Shown here piece after piece: positions 20,852-31,190 of a stretch of DNA of 64,000 nucleotides. Position numbers and translations under genes: made by a program. The DNA comes from Candidatus Kapaibacterium sp. (GTDB taxonomy: Bacteria > Bacteroidota > Ignavibacteria > Kapaibacteriales > UBA2268). Under the pieces are notes generated by a model that was not told where the DNA came from, made no database searches, and saw only the letters and a list, made by a program, of their open reading frames with translations. The first letter of the stretch is position 1, and the number at the start of each line of letters is the position of its first letter. Location: assembly GCA_963665665.1 (NCBI GenBank), contig OY762428.1, positions 896,001-960,000 on the forward strand, given 5' to 3'.

Positions 20852-22267
20852 TTGTTTCTTAACAAACGGAGAGTATTTATGTTTTTGCCCAAAAGATCAA
20901 TCACAGCGGTTGTGGTTCTGTTTTTTGCTTTTTGTTCATTGCTCACTTCAGGACTTAAAGATGAAGCTAACCAGGCCGATTACCTGATTATAACACCTGT
21001 TGAATTTCTTGCTGAATTCCCTGAATTTACAGATTGGCGGGAGGATAAAGGCCTGAAAACAATGATAGTAACCCTGGATGAAATAAGACAGGAATTCGGC
21101 CCGGTAGAGGAGTCTGCTGCTATTGGCGATTTTATCAGCTACTCGCTAACCTACTGGCAGGAACCCAAACCGCAATATGTCCTGCTGGCGGGAAGCGTTA
21201 ATTTAATTCCTTCATTTAAAATTGAAAGCGATTTTAAGGATAGCCAGAATATTGATGAAGATTCAGTATCTACGGATCATTTCTATTCAATCAATATCAA
21301 TGAAAATGACATTCTTCCCGATATTGCTGTTGGACGTTTTCCTGTACAAAATAAGGAGGAACTGAAGGCGCTAATTAAAAAAACAATGCTTTATGAAAAT
21401 TATCCCGATGATCTGAAATACGAAAATGATATTGCTTTTTTCATAGATAAAGATGATTTTCAGGCTTTTGAAAGCAATATGACTAAAATTGAAACATATT
21501 TCCCGGAACAGACTATTGCTAAGTTTACAAATAATCCGGAATCAGAATATTTTGGCTCGAAACAGGATTTTTTTGATATTTATAACAGTGGCGCACGCCT
21601 TATGATGAATCTTTGCCATGGTTCACCTGCCGTCTGGTTCAGGGAAGGATTGATAAACAAGGGTGATTTTGATATGTATATTCAGGACAATAAACCATCA
21701 TTATTGCTTTCATTCTCATGTCATCAGGCATTCGACAGCCTTAAAACAAAAACTCTTATTGAAGAACTTATCTCTAATACAAACGGAGGTGCTGCAGCCA
21801 CAATTTTATCCTCAGGAACAACCTACATGGGCGTTTTGAATAAATTTTTTGATGGCATTTATTCAAAACTTAACAACGAGGATTATACAATTGGCAGGCT
21901 GGTTCTCGAAGCAAAAAATAATCAGGGAAATGGTTCATATTATATTGGCCTGATAAATATTCTCGGCGACCCGGCGCTGAAAGTACCGTTCAAACAGATT
22001 GCCGGAATTAATGATCAGGAAAATATCTCAATAAGCATATATCCGAATCCGGTGTCAGAAAGAATGACTGTTAATACATCCGGATCGCCGAATAAATATT
22101 ATAGATTTGAAATATTTGACGCTACGGGAAGGATCCTGAAACAATCGAATTTAATTTCAGATATAACTGTTATTCCCGGCCTGGAAAAATTCTCGAACGG
22201 AACATATTATTTAAGGCTTATTAGCGATTCAAAAACAGAGATAATTCCGTTCGTAATTTTAAAGTAA
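20852..22267 (+). CDS. Peptidase C25 (gingipain-like) with T9SS sorting domain
   Basis: ADYLIITP, YVLLAG, PDIAVGRFP, catalytic CHGS and SFSC, LGDPAL, C-terminal IYPNPV. Likely start ATG 20879. Confidence 0.9.
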   Translation: MFLNKRRVFMFLPKRSITAVVVLFFAFCSLLTSGLKDEANQADYLIITPVEFLAEFPEFTDWREDKGLKTMIVTLDEIRQEFGPVEESAAIGDFISYSLTYWQEPKPQYVLLAGSVNLIPSFKIESDFKDSQNIDEDSVSTDHFYSININENDILPDIAVGRFPVQNKEELKALIKKTMLYENYPDDLKYENDIAFFIDKDDFQAFESNMTKIETYFPEQTIAKFTNNPESEYFGSKQDFFDIYNSGARLMMNLCHGSPAVWFREGLINKGDFDMYIQDNKPSLLLSFSCHQAFDSLKTKTLIEELISNTNGGAAATILSSGTTYMGVLNKFFDGIYSKLNNEDYTIGRLVLEAKNNQGNGSYYIGLINILGDPALKVPFKQIAGINDQENISISIYPNPVSERMTVNTSGSPNKYYRFEIFDATGRILKQSNLISDITVIPGLEKFSNGTYYLRLISDSKTEIIPFVILK

Positions 22268-22713
22268 TTTGTTATATTTATTAAATTTTCAAATTTCAGA
22301 GTTTATGATATCTGAAATACCTTGTGAAGGCTTCCAATCTTCGCAAGCTTACAAAATCAACAAGCGTAAAGGAGTTAGTTATGAAAAATGTCAAGTATTT
22401 AGTTTTTTTGTTGATAATAATTCTTATCTATTCCTGCGGAGGAGTTACTGATTCCAAATATACACTTGATGATTGAAATGCTCCCTATTGCTTAGACAAA
22501 TAAAAGTATAGTTTATGGTGTTTATTAATCTATACTTCTTCTCTAATAAAATAAGAAAAAAATATGTAATAATATTAATTTTTCTTTTTTTTGCTACTTT
22601 TTTTTCTTTTTGTTAACAACCTGGAAATTGTGGATAACTTTCACTCTCCTTTCTATTTCTTTTTTTATCAATTGCTTACCGGATTACATTTTTTCACTTT
22701 TCCAACAAAGTTT

Positions 22714-23559
22714 TCAATTAACGAACCGCTGTTCGTTCATATATTTTTCAGCCGGAATCTGGTATTCAATTCCTGCGTGCGGCCTCGTGTTGTTATACCA
22801 ATCGACATAAGCCTTTATACCGCCATAGAGCTCTTTTCCGTCTTCGTAAGACTTCAGATACAGGTCTTCGTATTTAAAGCTCCGCCAGAAGCGTTCTATG
22901 TAAACATTGTCCAAGGCGCGGCCCTTGCCGTCCATGCTTACCTTAACATCAGCATCCAGAATCGTTTTCACAAAATCATTGCTCGTGAACTGACTGCCCT
23001 GATCCGTGTTTGTTATTTCCGGTTTCCTGGTTTTCAAAGACCTTTTTATTGTATCTATGCAGAACTCCTTCTCAAGGTTATTCGATAATTCCCAGTCGAC
23101 GATATACCTGCTATAAACATCTATAATTGCTATAAGATACATAAATCCTTTACGCATCGGAATATATGTTATATCCAGGCTCCAAACCTGATCCGGACGA
23201 CTTATTTTCATATCCCTCAACAGGTATGGATAAATTTTGTGCTCCTTGTTCGGTTTGCTCGTGTCCGGTTGGGGATATATTGCCCGAAGTCCCAATAATT
23301 TCATTAATCGCCTGATTCGTTTATAGTTAACATGGTATCCCAAAGAACGTAAGTGTGCTGTCATTTTTCTGGCTCCATAAAATGGAGTAATCGCGAATTG
23401 TTCTTTGATCAGCTTCATATATAGAATATTTGCTTCACTTTCACCCTTGGGTTTGTAATAATAACAGCTCCTGCTAATACCCAAAAGCTCGCACTGCCGG
23501 CTTATGCTAATTTCTTTATTATCAGCATCTACCATCTTCCTGCGTTCTTCTTTACTCAC
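22714..23559 (-). CDS. IS3 transposase OrfB (DDE integrase core)
   Basis: WSLDITYIP, TDQGSQFTS, DNVYIERFWRSFKYE, YNNTRPH. Confidence 0.95.
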   Translation of the reverse strand: MSKEERRKMVDADNKEISISRQCELLGISRSCYYYKPKGESEANILYMKLIKEQFAITPFYGARKMTAHLRSLGYHVNYKRIRRLMKLLGLRAIYPQPDTSKPNKEHKIYPYLLRDMKISRPDQVWSLDITYIPMRKGFMYLIAIIDVYSRYIVDWELSNNLEKEFCIDTIKRSLKTRKPEITNTDQGSQFTSNDFVKTILDADVKVSMDGKGRALDNVYIERFWRSFKYEDLYLKSYEDGKELYGGIKAYVDWYNNTRPHAGIEYQIPAEKYMNEQRFVN

Positions 23560-23839
23560 GGCCCAATTTTTTTTTTAACCAGTCTAATTCAATTTTTAGC
23601 CGGCCTATTTCTTCATATAATACTGATTCGTCTTTTTCTTTTTTATTCTTCCCTGGCCCACGCTTGTTTTCAAATACTTCCTTTTCACTTTCTTTTAAAT
23701 GCTTTTTCCACATGCTTATCTGGTTTGGATGAACCCCGTACTCCGATGCCAGCTCGGTTATTGTTTTTCTCTCTTGGACTGCCTCCAGGGCTACCTGCAT
23801 TTTGAATTTTGAACTGTAATTTCTTCGTTTGTTTGCCAT
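23552..23839 (-). CDS. IS3 transposase OrfA (HTH)
   Basis: RRNYSSKFKMQVALE..ELASEYGVHPNQISMWKK. An A10 run at 23567-23576 just upstream of orfB is a typical -1 frameshift site. Confidence 0.93.
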   Translation of the reverse strand: MANKRRNYSSKFKMQVALEAVQERKTITELASEYGVHPNQISMWKKHLKESEKEVFENKRGPGKNKKEKDESVLYEEIGRLKIELDWLKKKLGRE

Positions 23840-24792
23840 TTGATGCTCCTTTTGATTTTTTGCAAGTTAAGATTATTTCACCTTAAATCGCTGTTTTTTT
23901 TAAAGGAAGCCGTTCAGATATTTATGGTTTTGCTATTGAAGATGCGATAACAATAGAACCCGATGAGATAAGTCACGATCTGATACCAATAACACAAGAC
24001 AATGATTACTTGTCATGGAAATTGATCAAAGGCGAACCGCACGTGCTTGTTGTTACCTGGACAAGATATCCCGGCAGCTATACCGTGGATAGTACTATTG
24101 TAAATAACTGGGGCGAAATCTGGGTAACAGTTGTTCCCGAATTAATTGACTGGGTTGATGACAGGTTTTATACTAATCCTGTTAGCAGGGCAAGGTTGGA
24201 GCAACTCATCGGCCTGCCCAACGGTGATGGCAACACACATTTTGCTGAATTCTGGGTTAAACCGGACGATCTTTTCCGACCGTCATACGATAATGAAATT
24301 GATGACAATACCTGCGGAACCGAATTCCCTGAAGGTACTGATCCTGCCTATATTGAATGGTTCAACAATAATATCCAATACTCTTACTATCCACCTAAAT
24401 ATCCATGGACCAGGCTTGGTTATACTTATGACTGGGGAGGTGAAACAGAATTTGGATTAAGCGAGTTTGTAGTTAAAAAGAATTCAACAATAGTTGTGAA
24501 ATCTTTGGTTGGCAATTGCGGATATGTAAATATTCCATGTGAATGATATAATTATTATAAGATGAAAATTAAGCCGGGATAACTATCATAATTGACCCGG
24601 TAATAATTTATTATTTTCAATGAAAAACTTGATTTTTATCATTTTGTTACGAAGCTAAATTTTAAAACGATATTGGGCAATTTGTTTGATTACTTGTCAG
24701 GAATTTTCCAATCAAAAACTATATCCTATGATTTTTCGAACTTTAATTGTTATTTTGCTTTCTTTTATTATTGGGAATAATTTTTCTTAAAT

Positions 24793-25734
24793 ATGAAAAT
24801 CAGCGTTGTAATAGTGACCAGGAACAGAAGAGAGGATGTATTCGATACAATCCACGGATATAACCGCCAGACCTGGAAGGATAAGGAAATTATTGTAATC
24901 GATAACGCCTCGGACGACGGTACCAGGGAAATGATGGAAAATGATTTTCCGGAAATCAAATATGTTTACCTGCCTGATAATTTTGATATCCGATCGATAA
25001 ACATCGGCGTTGAAATGGCTGAAGGAGAAATTATCTGGAGAACAGATAGCGATTCATATCCCGAAGATCCTGGCACTTTTGCCAAAGTTATTGATATATT
25101 TAATAAATATCAGAATATCGACATAATCAGCACAGAGGATGTGGAAGTTAATTCTAATGGAGCTATCTGGGAATGGTACCCGCTGAAAGTCGATAAAGAA
25201 AACGTTCCTGACAATGGTTATAAAGCTCATATATTCCCCGGCACCGGCGCTGCAATCAGAAAGAAAGTTTTCGATAAAATCGGAGGTTTCTGGGAATTCG
25301 GCTTCGAGGAGATAGATTTCTGCACCAGGGCAATTGTTGCCGGCTTCAATGTCAGGTACTTTCCCAATATCAGAACTCTTCACTTTGCTTCGCCGCGAGA
25401 CAGGGACAATTCAAACCGCTGGGTACAGATATCCAAACAGCTTATGCGGTACAACTGGCGCTATTTCCCGTTTTTCACTGCACTTGGTAGAAGCATAGTT
25501 ATATATATCACACAGATTCTTGGCTCATTCTCAATGAAGGTGAAATTATCAGCTTTTATTGAAGGCCTTTTGATAATGCCTGCTGTAATTTTCAGCACTT
25601 ACCGGAATGAAAGAAATGTTGTCCCCAAAGACAAGATAAAAGATATTACTCTCGGAGTGGGAATAATGTCGTCGCAGTTCAAAGTATATGCCGACAAAGT
25701 TAAAAGAAAATTACAAAAATGGACCGGAAGATGA
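24793..25734 (+). CDS. Glycosyltransferase family 2
   Basis: ISVVIVTRNR, IIVIDNASDDGT, TDSD, FEEIDFC. Confidence 0.9.
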   Translation: MKISVVIVTRNRREDVFDTIHGYNRQTWKDKEIIVIDNASDDGTREMMENDFPEIKYVYLPDNFDIRSINIGVEMAEGEIIWRTDSDSYPEDPGTFAKVIDIFNKYQNIDIISTEDVEVNSNGAIWEWYPLKVDKENVPDNGYKAHIFPGTGAAIRKKVFDKIGGFWEFGFEEIDFCTRAIVAGFNVRYFPNIRTLHFASPRDRDNSNRWVQISKQLMRYNWRYFPFFTALGRSIVIYITQILGSFSMKVKLSAFIEGLLIMPAVIFSTYRNERNVVPKDKIKDITLGVGIMSSQFKVYADKVKRKLQKWTGR

Positions 25735-26936
25735 GGATACTTCAGCTTGCCCCCCGATTTCCATTCCCTACTGACGACGGAGGAAAGATCGGAATAGCTA
25801 ATATATACAGGCAATTTTCAGACCAGGGAGCCGAAGTTACTTTTATAGCCTACAAAGAAGAAAATGAGAAAATTCCTGAAAGCGCTATACGTGAAGCTGA
25901 AAAATACGGACGTGTATTATTAATAAATCATTCCACCCTGAACAGCAAAAGTAGAATCTTAAAATCTCTAATTTCTTCATCATCAATTTATTGCAGCAAG
26001 CATTACTCTCAAGAAACAAAACAAAAAATTCTTGATCTTATTATAGATCAGGATTTTGATATTGTTCATGCAGATCACAGTGCAATGGCAAAAATGGCAC
26101 TGGATCTTGCGGGTGAAAAAAATGCGCGTACAGGCATTCGTCTGCATAATATTGAATGGATGATATGGCAGCGCTATGCCGATATGCTTCCGGCATGGCA
26201 TCCCAAACGTTGGTATATTCAAACCCAGGCAAACAGGCTGAAACGCGAGGAAATGGAATTCTTCCCTGCTATGGATGTATGCTTTGCAATAACTGAAAAA
26301 GAAAAACAGCAGGCTCTGCAAATGTCTTCGAATGCTAATGTTACTGTTGCAAGTGCGGGAGTCAATCCGGAAGACTGGAAACCTGATTCGAATGTTGAAA
26401 AGAACCCGAATGAAATTATTCTGGCAACAACTTACCACTGGGTTCATAATGTCGATGCAGTCAGATGGTTTATAAACGAAGTCCTGCCATTGATAAGACA
26501 GGAAGTTCCGAAAGCCTTTCTATCGCTTATCGGGAAGGAGGCTCCCGGCTGGCTTCATGAAATGAAGGACAAGGGCGTAAATGTTCTTGGCTACGTGGAC
26601 AGCGTTCAGCCCCACCTGAGAAGGGCATCGGTGTATATTGCCCCGCTTTTTGTGGGTGCCGGAATCAGGATAAAAATTTTGGAGGCAATGGCAATAGGCC
26701 TGCCAGTTGTAGCAACTCCGGTTTCTGCCGAGGGAATAAACGCAACCCCGGAAAGCGGTCTGTTCATCAGCGATGACGCACGCGAGTATGCCGATATCAT
26801 TATTAAACTGCTTAAAAATAGTAATAAAGCAATTTCTACCGGCAAAAACGCCAGAGAATATATAATCAATAATTTCTCATGGAAGCATAATGTCGGAAAA
26901 ATGTTGGAGGAATACAGGAAACTGTTAAATATTTAG
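25719..26936 (+). CDS. Glycosyltransferase family 4
   Basis: MRILQLAPRFPFPTDDGG, GIRIKILEAMAIGLPVVAT. Confidence 0.9.
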   Translation: MDRKMRILQLAPRFPFPTDDGGKIGIANIYRQFSDQGAEVTFIAYKEENEKIPESAIREAEKYGRVLLINHSTLNSKSRILKSLISSSSIYCSKHYSQETKQKILDLIIDQDFDIVHADHSAMAKMALDLAGEKNARTGIRLHNIEWMIWQRYADMLPAWHPKRWYIQTQANRLKREEMEFFPAMDVCFAITEKEKQQALQMSSNANVTVASAGVNPEDWKPDSNVEKNPNEIILATTYHWVHNVDAVRWFINEVLPLIRQEVPKAFLSLIGKEAPGWLHEMKDKGVNVLGYVDSVQPHLRRASVYIAPLFVGAGIRIKILEAMAIGLPVVATPVSAEGINATPESGLFISDDAREYADIIIKLLKNSNKAISTGKNAREYIINNFSWKHNVGKMLEEYRKLLNI

Positions 26937-26943
26937 AGCATTT

Positions 26944-27246
26944 TTAAATTATTTTCTCCTTAAGCCCTTCGTACTGTTTTATCTTTTCCAGATCATACTT
27001 CTTACTAATCTGAACTTCTTCAATATCGAAATCATTTTGCAGGCCAAGCCAGAATTGCGCGCTGGTTCCAAAATACAGAGCCAGCCTTAATGCCGTATCG
27101 GCAGTAACTCTTCTTTTTCTTTTTATTATCTGCGAAATGCGTGTTTGAGGTATCCCGGTATCTTTTGCCAGCCTGTATGCCGATATTCCTAAAGGCAGTA
27201 AAAATTCCTCAAATAATATTTCACCCGGATGTATGTTTTCTATCAT
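26944..27246 (-). CDS. higA: HigA-family antitoxin (HTH), no adjacent toxin
   Basis: IHPGEILFEEFL, RVTADTALRLALYFGTSAQFWLGLQ. Confidence 0.9.
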   Translation of the reverse strand: MIENIHPGEILFEEFLLPLGISAYRLAKDTGIPQTRISQIIKRKRRVTADTALRLALYFGTSAQFWLGLQNDFDIEEVQISKKYDLEKIKQYEGLKEKII

Positions 27247-27318
27247 AACAATTTACTTATTTTGTATCAGTTCTTTTTCGATTTATATTTCTTAAATATA
27301 ATTATTTCAGTATTATAA

Positions 27319-27351
27319 GGCAAAAAAAAAGGCGTTCCGAAGAACGCCTTT
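27319..27351 (-). terminator. Intrinsic terminator of the EF-G paralog
   Basis: Minus strand aaaggcgttc-ttcg-gaacgcc followed by T9. Confidence 0.85.
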
Positions 27352-27376
27352 ATTAAATATATCCTGCATGGAAAGA

Positions 27377-29509
27377 CTAATCGTCTTCTTCCTGTGATTT
27401 TTTGTATGCTTCGATAAGTTCCTGCTGAACATTTGCGGGAACAACCTGGTACTCGGCATATTTCTGAGTGTGAGTACCCTTTGCCTGTGTCATTGAACGC
27501 AGTGCTGTGGCATATTTATCAAGCTCTGCCAAAGGCATACGTGCGTTGATCTTCTGGTAGCGTCCTTCTGAATCGATACCAAGGATTACACCGCGGCGGC
27601 CCGGAAGGTCACTCATTACGTCGCCGACGAATTCTTCGGGAACTTTGATTGTTACGTCATATACCGGTTCAAGAATCTGAGGCTGTGCTTTTGTAAAGAT
27701 GTCTTTGAACACGTTACGTCCGGCTGTTTTAAAGGCGGCTTCGTTTGAATCTACCGGGTGCATTTTACCGTCGTAGATATACATCTTTATGTCGCGAACA
27801 TAAGAACCTGTAAGCGGGCCGATGTGCATTTTTTCCATAACACCCTTCATAATAGCAGGAAGGAAACGCTGGTCAATAACACCACCAACAATACAGTTAA
27901 CGTATTCAAGTTTTCCGCCCCATTCAAGTTCGATAAGGTCTTTGCCGCGAACATTGAAATCCGGGAAGTCTTTGCCGTCTTCAGTCCATGGTTCAATCAT
28001 CATGTGAACTTCTGCAAACTGGCCGGCGCCGCCGGACTGTTTTTTATGCCTGTATGAGCCTTTAATACCCTTCTGGATTGTTTCCCTGTAAGGAACGCGA
28101 GGTTCAGTATATTCGGCTTCTACTTTATAACGGTTTTCAAGACGCCATTTTGTAGATGAAAGATGAAGTTCGCCCTGTGCATAAACTATCATCTGGCGAA
28201 GTTCCTGTGAATGCTCAACCTGGAGCGAAGGATCTTCATTACAGATGCTGTGAATAGCCATACCAACTTTTTCTTCTTCCCCTTTTGTCTTAGGAACGAT
28301 TGCTACCCTTACCCTTGGTTCTGGATAAACGATCGGGCTGATTGTAATTCCTTTTCCTTTAACATGCAATGTATGGTTAACACCGGAGTTTTTCAGCTTA
28401 ACTGTAGCACCGATATCACCGGCATGAAGTTCTGCAACTTCTTCACGTTTTTTACCATTTGTAACGAAAAGCTGTCCGAATCTTTCTGGAGCGTTTTTCT
28501 GCTCGTTAACAAGGTCCATACTTGGTTTCATTACACCGGACATAACCTTGAAGAAAAGCATCTCGCCAGTCTGCTGTTCGGAAAGCATCTTGTACATGAA
28601 AAGTACAGGTGTTCCGGCAGAATCATAAGGAAATTCTTCTTCTTCAATAGTTTTTTCAGCAGGCATTTCCAGTGGTGAAGGTAAAAGTTTGACGATATTT
28701 TCCATAAGGGTTACACTGCCGACATTACCTTTGGAAGATGCGCAGAATACGGGGAACATCTGGCGGTTAAGAATTGCTATTTTCAGACCCTTGCTTACTT
28801 CTTCTTCTGTAAGTTCGCCTTCTTCGAAGAATTTGTTCATCAAATCTTCATCGGATTCAGCAACTGATTCCATCAATTCGTTATAAAGATTTTCAACTTT
28901 ATCTTTTTCACCGTCAGGAATATCAACTTTTTCAAATTTGTTAGAATCAGCAGTAAATTTATACATTGACTTTGTAAGGATATCGACTATTGAATCGAAT
29001 CCGTTACCTGCATTAATCGGGTACTGAAGAGCAACAGTATTATGTCCGAACCTGTCTTTTAGCTCGTCCATTGATTTATCGAAATCAGCCTGGTCAACAT
29101 CAAGCCTGTTAATAACAAAAGCAACAGGTTTATTATATTTTTGACAATATTCCCAGCCATTTTCAGTTCCAACTTCAATTCCATTATGAACATTTATACA
29201 TATTATTCCCGTATCGGCAATCCTCGTAGCTGAAGCTACCTCGCCGATGTAATCATCGAAACCGGGAGTATCAATAATATTAATTTTAGTATTATTATAT
29301 TCAGCATATAGAGGAGTACTTAAAACAGAACAATTACGTTCATGTTCAAGTTCGTAAAAGTCAGAAACAGTATTATTATCGTCAACTGTTCCGCGTCGGT
29401 TTATGTTTCCGGCCTGGTAAAGCATAGCTTCACCGAGTGTGGTTTTGCCCGAGCCGGCATGCCCCAGAAGAGCGACATTTCTAATGTTTTTCGACTCGTA
29501 AACTTTCAT
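27377..29509 (-). CDS. Elongation factor G paralog (EF-G2/FusA2-like), outside the str operon
   Basis: GHAGSGKTT, DTPG, NRLD, RHKKQSGGAGQF, GKMHPVDS. Switch I reads ERNCSV instead of ERGITI. Confidence 0.9.
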   Translation of the reverse strand: MKVYESKNIRNVALLGHAGSGKTTLGEAMLYQAGNINRRGTVDDNNTVSDFYELEHERNCSVLSTPLYAEYNNTKINIIDTPGFDDYIGEVASATRIADTGIICINVHNGIEVGTENGWEYCQKYNKPVAFVINRLDVDQADFDKSMDELKDRFGHNTVALQYPINAGNGFDSIVDILTKSMYKFTADSNKFEKVDIPDGEKDKVENLYNELMESVAESDEDLMNKFFEEGELTEEEVSKGLKIAILNRQMFPVFCASSKGNVGSVTLMENIVKLLPSPLEMPAEKTIEEEEFPYDSAGTPVLFMYKMLSEQQTGEMLFFKVMSGVMKPSMDLVNEQKNAPERFGQLFVTNGKKREEVAELHAGDIGATVKLKNSGVNHTLHVKGKGITISPIVYPEPRVRVAIVPKTKGEEEKVGMAIHSICNEDPSLQVEHSQELRQMIVYAQGELHLSSTKWRLENRYKVEAEYTEPRVPYRETIQKGIKGSYRHKKQSGGAGQFAEVHMMIEPWTEDGKDFPDFNVRGKDLIELEWGGKLEYVNCIVGGVIDQRFLPAIMKGVMEKMHIGPLTGSYVRDIKMYIYDGKMHPVDSNEAAFKTAGRNVFKDIFTKAQPQILEPVYDVTIKVPEEFVGDVMSDLPGRRGVILGIDSEGRYQKINARMPLAELDKYATALRSMTQAKGTHTQKYAEYQVVPANVQQELIEAYKKSQEEDD

Positions 29510-29688
29510 AAATTGGCTCCAAAAAATTCTATAGTATATAAATTACAATAAAACAACTATTTTACTTAAACAGAACTTCCAATATATTGAAATTTTTGCG
29601 TAAATTGAAAATATTTTTTAGAAATTTATTAAATTTATTATTTAATTAGATAATATATCGAACTGGATAATTTAAAATCAGGCAGGAT

Positions 29689-30984
29689 ATGAAGAAAAAA
29701 ACGTCAGATAAGAATAAGCAGAAAACTCACAGATTCAAATTAAATAACGGCCTTGAAGTTGTTATTGTTCCAATTGGCAAAGCACCCATTGTCAATATTA
29801 CAATGGCATATAAAGTTGGTTCGAAAGATGAAAAACCCGGAAAAACCGGCTTTGCACATCTGTTTGAACACTTGATGTTCGAAGGTACAAAAAATGTTGC
29901 CAAGGGCGGATTCGACGAGTACTGTTCCATGGCCGGGGGAACAAATAATGCTTATACAAGCTACGATCTGACTTCATACACGATGACACTTCCCGCTCAC
30001 CAGGTAGAGATGGGGCTATGGCTTGAATCCGACAGAATGTTCAACTTTGAAGTAACACCCGAAGCTCTTAAAAACCAAAAAGATGTGGTAACAGAGGAAA
30101 TCAGCCAGACTGTTGATAATCAGCCCTATGGTAAATGGAGGGAATTGCTTGCCGCAAGTGCTTTCTCGTCGGAATCGTCCTATTCCTGGGAAGTGCACGG
30201 CAGTAAGGAAGATGTGGCTGCAAGCGTAATCGAAGATGTTAAAGAATTTCACAAAATGTTCTACCGCCCGGATAATGCCTGCCTTACAATAAGTGGATCT
30301 GTTGATATTGACATCGTTAAGAACCTGATTGATAAATATTTTAACATAAGTATTGACTATAAAAACAAGCCGAAAAGAAATTTACACCTGCCTGAATACT
30401 GCCAAAAAGGAAGCTACTCATCCTTCAAAGATAATATTCCTTTCAATGCCGTTTTCGCAGCATTTCATTGCGATGGTTTCTTGTCGGAAAATATATACAA
30501 AGCCGATATTATCTCCAATATGCTGGGCGACGGAAAAAGTTCGGCTATATACAACGAACTTGTTTATAACAGGCAGATTGCATCGGCAGCAGGTTCCTTC
30601 ATGGATAAGAGAGAGCATAATTCTCTCCTGACTTTTTTTGCTATCGGTGCCAATGAAAATGTCAGTAACGATGAACTTTTTAACGGTTTAATGGATATAT
30701 TCGAAAAAATAATTCAAAACGGCCCGGATACCGATGTTTTCCTGAAATCCAGGAATCAGATAAGTACTTTCATAGCTTACGACCTGCAATACCTTGGCGG
30801 GCTCGGCGATCTTATCTCATCACGGACACTCTTCTTTGACGATCCGGAAAGTTCTTTCAACCTGATAGACAATTACCTGAATATTACTATCGATGACCTG
30901 AAGCAATACCTGAAAAATTTTAAGGGAAGAAATGAAGCAATACGGATTGATGCCACACCTGTCTGCAATGACAAAACCAATTAA
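29689..30984 (+). CDS. M16 (pitrilysin) family zinc peptidase
   Basis: GFAHLFEHLMFEGT (HxxEH), NAYTS, LWLESDRM. Confidence 0.92.
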   Translation: MKKKTSDKNKQKTHRFKLNNGLEVVIVPIGKAPIVNITMAYKVGSKDEKPGKTGFAHLFEHLMFEGTKNVAKGGFDEYCSMAGGTNNAYTSYDLTSYTMTLPAHQVEMGLWLESDRMFNFEVTPEALKNQKDVVTEEISQTVDNQPYGKWRELLAASAFSSESSYSWEVHGSKEDVAASVIEDVKEFHKMFYRPDNACLTISGSVDIDIVKNLIDKYFNISIDYKNKPKRNLHLPEYCQKGSYSSFKDNIPFNAVFAAFHCDGFLSENIYKADIISNMLGDGKSSAIYNELVYNRQIASAAGSFMDKREHNSLLTFFAIGANENVSNDELFNGLMDIFEKIIQNGPDTDVFLKSRNQISTFIAYDLQYLGGLGDLISSRTLFFDDPESSFNLIDNYLNITIDDLKQYLKNFKGRNEAIRIDATPVCNDKTN

Positions 30985-31190
30985 AATGACAAAACCAGTT
31001 AATTAAAATAATCAACATTAAATTCTAATAATTATCGTTTTTGCTAAAAATATTCACGCTTTTGAGAATTACAGCTCATTGCATCTGCTTATTGAGTTGC
31101 TCTGGCAGCAGGTTTTAAACATTTTTCACTATGGCACAGAATTTAATACGATAGGTATGATTTAAAAATAATGACTTTGCAGAGGATAAA

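Larger units (their letters stand above)
22474..23916 (-). mobile_element. IS3-family insertion sequence, 1443 bp, 3-bp target duplication GAT
   Basis: Ends 5'-TG...CA-3'. Imperfect IRs TGAAATGCTCCCTAT / TGAACGGCTTCCTTT. GAT at 22471-22473 and 23917-23919. Confidence 0.93.
22381..24546 (+). pseudogene. Lipoprotein gene (~239 aa) interrupted by IS3
   Basis: 22381-22473 reads MKNVKYLVFLLIIILIYSCGGVTDSKYTLDD (lipobox, aaaggag RBS). 23920-24546 continues in frame IYGFAIEDAITIEPDEI...YPWTRLGYTYDW. Confidence 0.88.

Noticed and set aside
22629-22637. Perfect DnaA box TGTGGATAA suggesting oriC
   Set aside because: Single copy inside the IS3 non-coding end, with no cluster and no dnaA context.
30967-30997. 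Direct repeat aatgacaaaacca x2 at the end of the M16 peptidase gene
   Set aside because: Likely a local slippage duplication with no evidence of function.
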